Assembly: GCA_937625935.1 (NCBI GenBank)
Contig: OW569386.1
Location: forward strand, 62,001 to 126,000
Reading direction: 5' to 3'
DNA: 64,000 nucleotides
From: Tetramitus jugosus
Lineage: Eukaryota; Protista; Heterolobosea
Of this stretch, positions 32,609 through 43,492 are shown in pieces. Numbering within the stretch: the stretch's first letter is position 1; the number at the start of each line of letters is the position of its first letter. The position numbers were made by a program, and so were the translations under genes. Under the pieces are notes generated by a model. That model saw only the letters and a program-made list of their open reading frames with translations, ran no database searches and was not told where the DNA came from.

Positions 32609-33165
32609 TTTCCTTGTCAGTTTTTTGGGTACCAGATTCGATCAGCGTTAACCAAGTTTTCAGGCAAAAATCAACTGGTTCCGAACATCACCATCGTGGT
32701 ATCTTAATAACGTATACGGAAATACATTGCAAATCCTAACAATATATTTAAATTATGGAATATAAATGTTGAACTTCAGTATACAAAGTTATTAAATATT
32801 ACGCTGATTAAAAATATTTAATGTAATAGTCGAGGTTAGTTTTAGACGAACAATGTTCATTTTTCATTCGAGATTTTCGCTAGTATTATACTTTGATCTT
32901 TAGTTTGCATCAATTACAAACATAGGATGCCGATGCTGGCTTAATGAGCCTTGAATTTTTGGAAATTGATATCCCTGTTTATGGAGAGATAATATCCCTT
33001 TTCATTTTCTACTTCATTCGCGTGAATGTTCTTGCTCATCACCGTATTAATCGTAGCAGGTTGTCCCCACACCTTTTCATTCATGCCAACAACTCAAGGA
33101 AAGAAAAACTGCAATGATCCTGAACCTGACTTCTTTTCATGTGTTGCTGAAGAATGTCATCTTTA

Positions 33166-34818
33166 TTAAAAGTATTCAGTGGATTGATTATAAGTGTCCC
33201 ACGGATTTCTCTTCTCTTGCAAGCTCTTGTCCAAACAGTTGCGTTCATAGTCTAGCAGAGTACTATACATGCCAGCGACTCTCTTGGGTGCAATGAATCC
33301 TCGTGCATGATTGGCTCTGCACTTGTTAATCAAATCAGCATACATTTCCATGGCTTGAGTCTCAAACGCTCTCCTCACATTTCTCTTCTTGTTGAAAAAG
33401 TCTTGTGTGCGCACCAGAGTAATCGTAGTGTATCGTGTCATGTGCTCATCCGATGTCTGACCCACTGCTTCATAGATGGTGCCAGTGAACAAGCTGGATC
33501 GAATGACAGAGTGATTGTTGGCCAATGGTTTTGCCTTTGGATGAGAGCACGACTTGTGAAGAGTGATGAATCGGTTGTGAATCGAATCGTACACTGCACT
33601 GCTCGCTACACAATAGTCGAGTACAATGGGCACACTGAACAGGAATTGTTGTCCCAATGCAGCACCAGCATCGATACCAACAGAGGATGATTGTGGTAGT
33701 TGAGAGTTCATGAGAGCAGCTCTGTGCAATGTTGAGGATGACGATGATGACGATGAGGATGGAGAAGCAGAGGAAGGTGATGACACTTGATGACTACTGT
33801 ACTGTAGAATAGAAGATGCATTCTTCATGACACTGCTTCTTCTTCTCTTGCTCATCTCTTCAGCATCAATCTTGTTGTTGTTATTCATCAGTTCACTACT
33901 ACTGCTACCACTATTATTGTTGTTGTTGTTGCCTCCATTGTCTGTAAATGTCATTGTCATTCGACTTACACTAATGCTGTATGGTGATAGATTGGATGAA
34001 GTCGTGGTGGTGGAATAACGTTTGCTATTGTTGTTGTTGTTGTTGTTATCACTTGATGTAGAATAGTAATCAACAGGCACATTGACAAGTGATAGAGTCT
34101 GTGGCAATGATGTATCCATGACAGAGTTGACCACATCACACAATTGATAGGGAACGACACCTACACTTCTCACAATGACCATGCCCCTTGACTCTGAATG
34201 ATTCAAATCCAATCGTTCACTGTGCATTTCACACTTGAGAGTGAAACCGTCTTCTGATGACACGATTGGCTTCATCATGTAATCATCGTCCGAACACTTT
34301 TGATTGCACTGGATGAGAAAAGCAATGTCACTGTCATTGATAATGTTGGGAATCTGTTGTTGCTGTTGTTTGTGAAGATTGTTAGTAGAGGACGATGATG
34401 ATGACACTGATTTGTGCTTGTCTGACGGTGTCAATAGCACAGTTGGATCCAAATTGTATCTCTTTTTTTGTTTGCTAGGAATGACTCTGGATGCAGTAGT
34501 AGTAGTAGTAGTAGAGGTACCAGTAGTACCACCACCAGTAGTAGTAGTAGTAGTAGATGGTGGAACAGGCAGTGAATGAATCAAGTCATCATACATCATG
34601 TTGTCATCTACACCATTGTTATTGCTCTCATCATTATTATGATCAGGAATATTGTTGACTTGATCAGGACCATCATCATTATACTCATCAATGTCATTGT
34701 CATTGCTATTGCTGTTGTTGTTGTCATCGTCACGTCCATCGATATCATTCTTTTCAAACAATAGTCCCATGGATGCATTCTTTAGGAATGCTGATTCTTT
34801 TTCCTTCTTTTTAAACAT
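33166..34818 (-). CDS. START-like domain protein with long low-complexity insertions
   Basis: Segments (GVVPYQLCDVV; DYCVASSAVYD...FITLHKSCSHP; TRYTTI) parallel the START-like part of the 50754-52296 gene. Confidence 0.5.
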   Translation of the reverse strand: MFKKKEKESAFLKNASMGLLFEKNDIDGRDDDNNNSNSNDNDIDEYNDDGPDQVNNIPDHNNDESNNNGVDDNMMYDDLIHSLPVPPSTTTTTTGGGTTGTSTTTTTTASRVIPSKQKKRYNLDPTVLLTPSDKHKSVSSSSSSTNNLHKQQQQQIPNIINDSDIAFLIQCNQKCSDDDYMMKPIVSSEDGFTLKCEMHSERLDLNHSESRGMVIVRSVGVVPYQLCDVVNSVMDTSLPQTLSLVNVPVDYYSTSSDNNNNNNNSKRYSTTTTSSNLSPYSISVSRMTMTFTDNGGNNNNNNSGSSSSELMNNNNKIDAEEMSKRRRSSVMKNASSILQYSSHQVSSPSSASPSSSSSSSSSTLHRAALMNSQLPQSSSVGIDAGAALGQQFLFSVPIVLDYCVASSAVYDSIHNRFITLHKSCSHPKAKPLANNHSVIRSSLFTGTIYEAVGQTSDEHMTRYTTITLVRTQDFFNKKRNVRRAFETQAMEMYADLINKCRANHARGFIAPKRVAGMYSTLLDYERNCLDKSLQEKRNPWDTYNQSTEYF

Positions 34819-35430
34819 TTTATTCTCCAATAGTAATATAGTTAGTTGATATGTGTTTTGTGCAGTTGTTGATTTGTTTGTGTCGTGTCAGTTCTTCTCA
34901 TCATCGTCCACACAAGGATTGTCGCAGAAACTACCCACACACAAGTGTCACCTTTCACATTTTGCTTGTCATCCAATTGTGCGACAAGAAAATCGCCTCG
35001 AGTTATTTTTGGTGGTGGTGGAGAGATAATCTCCGGTATGAACCAAAAGCATGCCATGGGCAAAGTGATCTGTTTGATTACGACCAATGATCCAATATCT
35101 CACGATATCCAAATGAACTCCTACGTCCTCATGGATGATATTCTGGAAGCTTTTTTGGTGCATTGTCTATTGCACTAACACCTCGTTCCAACACACTCCA
35201 GCCACTGAACCCTTGACTATTTAACAAGTGAGCTGTTTGTGTCTCTTTCAGCAAGCAAAACCAACAAACAAACCAACTCAAATACAACCAAACCTGTATA
35301 TAAACATACACTAACCAATAAGTAAGCTCAAGAACTGCTTGACCTCTCTGTCTCTTGCACACGTACAACACACCACCACCACTAAGAAAGAACCCACACT
35401 CCCCACACAGACAAGAAACGATAAAAGAAG

Positions 35431-36834
35431 ATGAGGACTCAACCAATGTTCATCATGGCACTCCTAGTGCTCGTACTATTTCAATTCATGGCCATTCTGA
35501 GCTCTGTTCACTCTGCTGAAACGGCATCCATTGTAGATTTTGGAGATGTTTTGAGTGTGCAGGGTCTTAAGAACTTGACCCAATTCCGTATCTTCCTCCC
35601 CAACACCACAGAGGAACTTCAAGTGGATATTCTGAAGCCAGCAACTGACATGCAATTCCTAGTTCATTACCACAGTGTAGATCAAGCTCCCATTGTCGAC
35701 GGCAACGGTGGTCCTAGAACTGTACCAGTGTTCTACTTTGACGTGGAGTTGGTAACCTCTCAACCTGCTCTCACCGTCTCTCAACTCAAGTTCAATGCCG
35801 TATTCCGATACAAGTACGATCCTAGTACATTGCCTTGCTCTGACGCAAGTCACCTGACATTCCTTGTGCATCGATCTGGACGATGGAGAGAATTGGAAGA
35901 ACCAACAACCATTGAACCACTCACTCACTACATTACACAGCCCATGAATTCCTATGAGGAGTTGAATCGTTATGAGAATACGACTCAATTTGCTGTCATG
36001 TGCGGTGATGTCGTACCAGTGTCAGACTCTGATGACTACGAGTTGTATGACAGATTGGACACTGTGTTGACTGCTGTTGCATCCAACTCTACACTGGAAC
36101 AAGATCCATTCGAGAATCAATTCCAATTCCAACTCGGTGGATACGAGTCACTGCAGATTGACATTCTCGGTACAAAGAATGCATTCGAGTGGAAGGTGAG
36201 TAAATTGGAACAGAACCCAACCACTAGCTCTCAATTCCAATCCGGTAACATCACTCTTCACTACTTCTCATTGGAGATGATGGGATTGAACGGCAGCACC
36301 ATTGCACCAACATTCAATGCTGTCCTGCGATACAAGTACAGATTGAATCTCATCCCAAGTCAAGCTCAAATCGACTCGATTCACTTTGAATGGTTCTCTG
36401 TCAACCAGAATCGATGGGTCAAGTTTACACAAGCCGGCTCCATCAACACCGAATCTCGTACCGTTTCTCAAGGTGGCAGCACTGTAGATGAACTCAAGCG
36501 TTCACCAACATACTTGGTCATTGTCGCCAAGGTGAAGGAACCTCAAACACCATCTCCATCTCCTTCACCAAAGCCATCCACTCCTCCATCACCATCACCA
36601 AAGCCAAGTGACTCCAATGTTGTCAACCCACCTCCTTCATCCTCCTCATCCAACAATGGCAACCCTGGTAGTGAGACATCCACCAAGCCAAACCCATCTT
36701 CCAGCAAGAGCGGCACGGAACCAAAAGCCAGCTCATCGACCAACTCGTCCAACACGTTGAACAAGACGAGTCACATGACCGGTATCACCTGTGCAATTAT
36801 TGCACTCTTTTCCCTTCTCGTCCTCTCACTCTAA
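35431..36834 (+). CDS. Putative GPI-anchored surface protein with two internal beta-domain repeats and a Ser/Pro stalk
   Basis: Signal peptide; duplicated motif L.DIL...YF..E...FNAV.RYKY...RW......I......Q......EL.R; PSPSP/Ser-rich stalk; hydrophobic C-terminus. Confidence 0.8.
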   Translation: MRTQPMFIMALLVLVLFQFMAILSSVHSAETASIVDFGDVLSVQGLKNLTQFRIFLPNTTEELQVDILKPATDMQFLVHYHSVDQAPIVDGNGGPRTVPVFYFDVELVTSQPALTVSQLKFNAVFRYKYDPSTLPCSDASHLTFLVHRSGRWRELEEPTTIEPLTHYITQPMNSYEELNRYENTTQFAVMCGDVVPVSDSDDYELYDRLDTVLTAVASNSTLEQDPFENQFQFQLGGYESLQIDILGTKNAFEWKVSKLEQNPTTSSQFQSGNITLHYFSLEMMGLNGSTIAPTFNAVLRYKYRLNLIPSQAQIDSIHFEWFSVNQNRWVKFTQAGSINTESRTVSQGGSTVDELKRSPTYLVIVAKVKEPQTPSPSPSPKPSTPPSPSPKPSDSNVVNPPPSSSSSNNGNPGSETSTKPNPSSSKSGTEPKASSSTNSSNTLNKTSHMTGITCAIIALFSLLVLSL

Positions 36835-36944
36835 CAACAAACGTGTGGTTCACCTTAAAAAAAAAAGAGTAGGAAACAACAGAAGAAAACAAACCACGAC
36901 ATGCAAAAAACACTTATGAATCGAAACATAAAAAAAAAATGTAT

Positions 36945-37460
36945 TTAACACTTCTCCTTCTTGACACCGTCGATAAAGAAGTACAAGTATGGAGTCATGC
37001 CATCTTCAGAAAAGTCCATCAAGACAATCATACCGTCTTCTTCCAATGATTCTCCTTGGAAGAAATCGTATTCAGAAAATCTACCAGCAACCTTCTTGAC
37101 ATAGGCTTGAACGTCCTTTTGGAAAGCTTCCAATCTGTCTGGGTTATTCTTGGTAATGTGTTCCTTCAATTGACCCATGTACTTCTTAATGTGAGCCAAG
37201 TAGTCCTTCTTGGAGAAAGAATCAATCTTTTGGAGCTTGAAGGCATCAACGACTTCATTGACAGTCTCACCACCTTCACCACCAAAGCCACCAGAGTCAC
37301 CACCCTCATCTTCGTCAGTGTTGTGTGCAATACCAAAGTCTTCTTCACCCTTCTTCTTAAAAGAGGATTCAACTCTGTAGACACATCCGTCTACTTCAGT
37401 AATTTTGAAGGAATCAGAAAAGAGTTCATCACCAGAGAAAACGTCCTTGTAGAGATACAT
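36945..37460 (-). CDS. TCTP: Translationally controlled tumor protein
   Basis: MYLYKDVFSGDELFSDSF...FFQGES...DGMTPY...DGVKKEKC. Confidence 0.96.
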   Translation of the reverse strand: MYLYKDVFSGDELFSDSFKITEVDGCVYRVESSFKKKGEEDFGIAHNTDEDEGGDSGGFGGEGGETVNEVVDAFKLQKIDSFSKKDYLAHIKKYMGQLKEHITKNNPDRLEAFQKDVQAYVKKVAGRFSEYDFFQGESLEEDGMIVLMDFSEDGMTPYLYFFIDGVKKEKC

Positions 37461-37787
37461 TTCTATTTGTTGTTATTGTTGTTATTGTTTATGGCTTTTT
37501 GGTTTTGGTTGTTGTTGTTGTTTTTTCACAAGGAGCGACGACGAGAGAAAAGGGCGTGTGCCCCGAAACGTGTGTGTTCACTCAAAATTCAACAGCATCC
37601 TCCGACCATGTCGCTGCTGCACATTTTACACACCAACCCCGATCTCCAATAATTTGAACCTTCATCATTACAACAATGAGCGTTAAAGATTTTGTTGAAT
37701 CCTCATTTAATTTACAATGGAGAATTAGGGATCAATGAAGGCTCTGACAAAACTATTGGTCCGATAGTTCTTTCTCTGTCGACTTGT

Positions 37788-40064
37788 TCATGTCGAGGCA
37801 AGGGATGATGGATTCGATGCAACTGATGTGGGAAGACTAAATTGATTGACAACTGCACTTGATTTTGGTTTTTCAATGGGCTGTTGAGAGGATGGGTGTC
37901 AATACAATGAAAGTTCAAACGAAACAAAAAATGCTCGAGCAACATACCGGTAGATAATGATCGTCGACAGAAGTTTTTTGCTTCTTCTCAACATTATGAC
38001 CGTTTTGATGTTCATTGTAATTATCTGTAGCATTCGGTAGAATGCTCATTGCGTATTGTGTGGGATCTCTGGGTATTGTGGTGTTCGATGCAACAAGAGA
38101 TTCCAATATCCATTCGTGCCTTAGGGCATCCTCAGGCGTAAATCTGTCACTTGGATCCCATTTCAAACATCCCTCCAGGAAGTTCACAAAGTGTTGATCA
38201 CGACACCTGAGAATACTGGCCAAGTCCTTAGAGCCAGGTTTCCTCTTCTTTTGAGATCTTCGGCAGACCACTAGCCGAGGGTTTCCATACGAATCAAAAA
38301 AGTGTTTCTTTCTCGTACTCATCTCAATGACTCTCCTCGGTGGTACATCAAATATCTCCATAATATAATTCATTTGGTCCACCTCATTCTCTCCTGGGAA
38401 TATAGGATAACCCATGTACAATTCAGCCAAAATACAACCAAAGCTCCACATATCTATACCTCTTCCATACGGTATACCCAATATCACTTCAGGAGATCGG
38501 TAGAATCGACTCTGGATGTACGTAAACATCCGATTCTCGACAAAGCAAGAGCTACCAAAATCAATCATTTTGATGGCAGACTTATTCGGAGATTTCAATA
38601 GAATATTCTCAGGTTTTAAGTCGCAGTGAATGATCTGTTCGTGGTATAAGTACTTTAAAGAGTTCAATATCTGAACAGCAAACCGTCGTATTAATCCTAA
38701 GCTTAAACCTTGAAAGTTGTTGTTCTTGATAAATTCGTACAGATTGATACTAAGGAGTTCAAATGTGATACACAAATGACCTCTGAAATAGAAGGAGTTG
38801 TACATTTCGATAATGTGGTGATGTTTTTCTGGATCCTAAATATGAAAAGAATGTGAGTGAGAATGCAATGATAAACAAGAGAATTGATTGTTGCATTAAA
38901 CATACATGATCACGCAGATGTTTTAGTATGTCCACCTCTACGAGCGCTTGGTGATGGAATCGCTCCTTGTTTCTGATCATTTTCAGGGCAATATATTTGT
39001 TGGTCTTGACATCTAAACATTTGCAAACTTGACCAAATGACCCTTTTCCTAAGAGAGAGATAACTTCATATCGATAGGCGACATGATCATTCAGTATGAT
39101 TTGATAGTCTCCACGTTGATCATCATATCCATGATTGCACTTACTTCCACTCACTGAGCCCTTAATTTTGTTCTTTGTGTTTCCTATACAATAAATTCTT
39201 GGATAGTCAAATATTTCGCTCTGCTCATAGTCGGTGAGTTGAGGCGAATAATTCTTAATTGCCATAGCTGGAGTGATAGTATCAGGAAATCTCCATTGTT
39301 TTGCCTCAATGTTGTCACTCTGTGTCATTGGTGGGGTTTTTCGCATCGTCCTTTGGGAGACTCTGGCTGTGAGAGGCTGTTTCACTTGAGATGAAACCTT
39401 ATTGATGGATGAAGGACCTCGCGCAGATTGAATCGTGTCAGGCACACCCGAACCAAATCCTGTAAACTCGTTAACTGTAGCATGAAACTTCTCTCTGAAT
39501 GGATGTGTTAGCAACATGAATCTATTAGGGGAAGAAATCAAATAGGAGCACTTACAATTTCAATTTTTCCATATTGTATCTTCTGGGAGCAACGTTCGAT
39601 GCGTTTAGTATATTTGATGAACTTCCATTGTTCGAGAGCGATGGTTTTCGAGGAGAAGAGGATACTGAAGATTTTTGAGAGGACGGAGGCTTAGGGATGA
39701 AGAAACCCTGTGGATTCACCATTGATACCGAGGTTGTATTGTTCAAAATGGTTGTACTGGCCATGTAGTTGACCCCTCCTCCGTCTCTACTGTTCGGTAC
39801 CCTCGGTTGTTTGATCACAGTCTTGATACTATTGGTGTTATTGTTAACATTCATGTTGTTATTATTATTGGTGTTGCCAAGTGATTGATAGTTTAAATTG
39901 GAGGAAGAAGTCGTGGAAGACACAGCTAATAATTTAGAGTTCGATTGCATTGGATACCGTCTGGAATAGGTTGATATAGCTGGTTTACTGCCTCCATTGT
40001 AGTTCATTAATGCTTCGGATGATGGTGGTTTGGATGATGGATTGTGGTAGATGACAGAGGACAT
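37788..40064 (-). CDS. DYRK-family (class 2) dual-specificity kinase; introns 39495-39555, 38836-38905 and probably about 37881-37947
   Basis: DH box GYDDQRGDY, GKGSFGQV, HCDLKPEN, DFGSSC, YIQSRFYRSPE; canonical splice sites, with a CTAAC branch point in the first intron. Confidence 0.93.
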
Positions 40065-40423
40065 TCTTAGAACCAACCTAGTTGAAATAGTGGTACAAGA
40101 GAGAAGGTATTCGCCGAACAATAAGTGGAGGCTAGCTAGAGTCAGTCAGATGGGACTGAGAATCAGGAGTTTTGCAGAGAGAAGAGTTGGTTTTGATCCA
40201 AATCGCTCAAAGTGGCGTTGCTGAAAAAACCGTAAAATAGCATCTTTGACAATCAGATAACGGTTAAGTCGGCGCAATATTCCGATTGAACATGAGACAA
40301 CACTCGTTTGATAGCTCTTGCGCACATAACAACAATCGAGGAGACGTAAAGTTGGTTGTTCAAAGTTTATGATTTTGTGCGTCTAGCTCATGTTGAGATA
40401 GTAAGGTATGCCGCCCCAATCAT

Positions 40424-42418
40424 CTATTCTTGCTTCTTCTTATTATCTTGTTGTGGTTGAGTAACTGTGGAAGGAGTGGATGCCTTGAGAATGTTTTGCA
40501 CCAAGCGAACAGCGTGACCCACCTTTGCAAACAAGTTGCTTCCGTACAGCAAATCAACAGCTTCGCACACAATCAAATGAGAGAAACCTCTGGTTGGGTA
40601 TCTCATGAATACGGGGACAGTGGATTGAATAGGGAATCGATCAGTGATGAATGCCTTTTGATTAGAGAAGGCACGCAATCCCTCTCTACCACCAAACTTT
40701 CCAAAACCAGACACCTTTGTTCCACCGAATGGCAATGATTGAATCAAGTAGAACACACCATAGTCATTAACCATGGTGACACCAGCCACCAATTGATTGG
40801 CAATCTTGTGAGCACGCTTGTAGTCTCTGCAAAAGACGTAGCTACCCAATCCAAACACTGTTCCATTGGCCTGCTCCACCACTTGTTCATCTGTGCTCCA
40901 CTCGATAATGAGCATGACTGGTCCAAATGCCTCCTCCTGAACAATTCTCATGTCTTGTGACACGTGAGAAAGAATGGTTGGTTGCATGAATTGACCATTG
41001 GGCAACGATGCATTTCTGTAGCCACCAAACTCCAATCGTGCACCAGCTTCCACTGCTTCACTCACCATCTTTTCAATACGCTCCACTTCACCTCTCATGG
41101 TCATGGCTCCCATCTCAAACACTTCGTCATCAGCAAAGCACTTGTCCAATTTTTGTGCATCACAATTCGTTGCACCCATTCTCAACTGGGATGCCTTTTG
41201 TTTGACACCTCTCGTGAACTGGTCAATCACTTTTTCGTGCACGTAGAATCTCTCTGCTGCCACACAATTCTGACCACAATTAATAAAAATGGATCTCACT
41301 GCATAGTCAATCGCATTGTCAATATCAGTGTCCTCGGTCACAATAAACGCATCTTTTCCTCCGAGTTCCAACGTGACTGGAACGAGATTGTCCGATGCTG
41401 CACTCATGACACGCTTACCAGTGGATGGACTACCAATGAAAAAGATGTGATCGACTCCGGGACTGCGAATCAAACTACTGCCCGCATCACCATACCCAAC
41501 AATGAAACTGACCAGATCGGGAGAGTAGCCCGCTTCCATCAACGCACCATGAATCACACCTTCAAAGCAATGGACCAGACTGTGAGTGGTCCATTCAGAG
41601 ACTTTGCACACGACTGCATTACCAGAGAAGAGAGCAGTGACGAGTGAACCAATAATGTTGTGGAATGGATAGTTCCATGGCACAATCATGGCAATGACAC
41701 CCAGTGGATGATACTGTACCTCTGCCTTCTTCATAATCATGGCCAGTGGCACTGGACGACTCTCCGCCTTCAAATCACTCTCACCATGATTGATCATGTA
41801 ACGAATTTTTTCACAAGAGAGCATCACTTCACCCAGGTGGGCCTCAAACAGTGTTTTACCAGAGTCGATGCAACTGGCTCTGGCAATCTCGTGCTTTTGT
41901 TCTAGAATGTGTCGCATCAGAATTTTCATGACGCGTCTGCGCTCTGCAAAATTCGTGTGCTTCCACGTGTTGATTTGTACTTGACGAGAGAATTGAACAC
42001 GGAGTTGAACATCGGATTCATCCATGGCTGCAATGTCTTCACACAGTGATTCACCTGTGGCTGGATTGTGGCATGGTATGGTTTTTGTATCCTTGTTGTT
42101 TTGTTTCTTTTCACGTGAAAAGTCAATCAATGTTGGAATGTTCTATTTTTGATGATGATGATGATGGTTGTTATGATGGTTGTTGTATGGTGGTTGTTGT
42201 TATATGATGAATGATTTTGGATAAGAGTGTTTGTTGTTGTTGTATCATCACAAAAAATAAAAACATACTCTTTTGCCAGTGAATCGAGGCAGAGGTGTTG
42301 GATTCTCCATTCGGAACAAGATCCATTTGATGAGCCTGTACAAGGCATAACCAATCAATAAATACTTGGCAAGTGATAGATTGAAAGAAATGTGATCCCA
42401 AACTGGTGGTGCACTCAT
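40424..42418 (-). CDS. Aldehyde dehydrogenase (ALDH22/Msc7-like) with N-terminal anchor; intron 42143-42268
   Basis: PWNYP, FIGS, LELGGKD, GQNC, EEAFGPV, PFGG; first exon MSAPPVWDH... splices in frame. Confidence 0.93.
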
Positions 42419-42652
42419 CGTTTTTTTTTGGTTGTTGTTTGGGGTTGTTGATTGTGTGTGGAAAAAAGGATGTCAATCTTTTTCGGGGAATCGGGAGCGC
42501 ACAATCCTTATTCTCCTCATTGAACAAATGTTGGATCACAGAACTCACCAATGCGAACCACCAGAGAAAACAGAGAAACAATGCTAAAGGGATCACTTTG
42601 CCGAGCTGGCAAGAATAAGGGGAATACTCCATTCGTGCCCAAAACGAGCGAA

Positions 42653-42949
42653 ATGGAGAACAGCCACAAGAGAAAACGGCTCAGAAAAAAGTTCAACATG
42701 GAAATGAAGAGTCATTGCAGTGGAGAGATTCATGATGTGAATCAGTTGTCATCCAGTAGAGAAAGATCAAGTCTAACAGACAAGGATGTGGAGAGACAGT
42801 TGTTTATCAGAGAGAAGCGGTTGTGGTATGAATCGAAACAATGTGAGTATAGGAAACCTCTACCATCGAATACCAAGAAGCCTCACAAGAAGGAAAGAGA
42901 GACAGTTGACGAGTTTTATTATCATGCAATGTTTGGTGGTTTAAAATGA
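42653..42949 (+). CDS. Small basic hypothetical protein
   Basis: ATG-initiated 98-aa ORF with NLS-like KRKRLRKK. Confidence 0.4.
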   Translation: MENSHKRKRLRKKFNMEMKSHCSGEIHDVNQLSSSRERSSLTDKDVERQLFIREKRLWYESKQCEYRKPLPSNTKKPHKKERETVDEFYYHAMFGGLK

Positions 42950-43134
42950 GTTATTCAAACTGATACCACATTGCTGGCTTTCAGGTTCTGCTCAGATATT
43001 GGTGCTGTGAATTGATTTGGTTGTTCATGAAAGGAAAGATTTGACAAGGTGTGAAATAAACAATAATTTTACCTAAGTAATTTTATCTGAAGACTTTGTA
43101 AAACTTGTCGCAAAATCCTTTTGCAAAAGGACAT

Positions 43135-43207
43135 CGCCCACCGAGGGGCTCGAACCCTCGACCACAAGGTTAAGAGCCTTGCGCTCTACCGACTGAGCTA
43201 GACGGGC
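43135..43207 (-). tRNA. tRNA-Lys (anticodon CTT)
   Basis: GCCCGTCTAGCTCAGTCGGTAGAGCGCAAGGCTCTTAACCTTGTGGTCGAGGGTTCGAGCCCCTCGGTGGGCG forms a complete cloverleaf; TTTT terminator downstream. Confidence 0.97.
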
Positions 43208-43492
43208 TTGGATACAATAGAAATCCGGATAAATACCCCGAACTCGAAATATAACGAACAGAGCAGTTAAGTGTCGAAGTTGTAATGACAGTACGAGACG
43301 AGTTAGTGGAGTTAGGGTGGACAAAGTTTCATGTCATAGCTATTGATGGAAGGAAAATTGTCGAAGACCGTTGGCTAATGCAAACGAAAGAGCGCAACTG
43401 CAATGGTTGTATTAAAAAAAACTTTTCTGTCTTCTTGCTCATTGGAAGTCAACATTTTTGTTCGACCGAGTTCTTGCGTCAGACGAGCTGCT

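Noticed and set aside
32953-32962. Sm-site-like AATTTTTGG
   Set aside because: No U1/U2/U4/U5 hallmark sequence nearby; expected by chance in AT-rich DNA.
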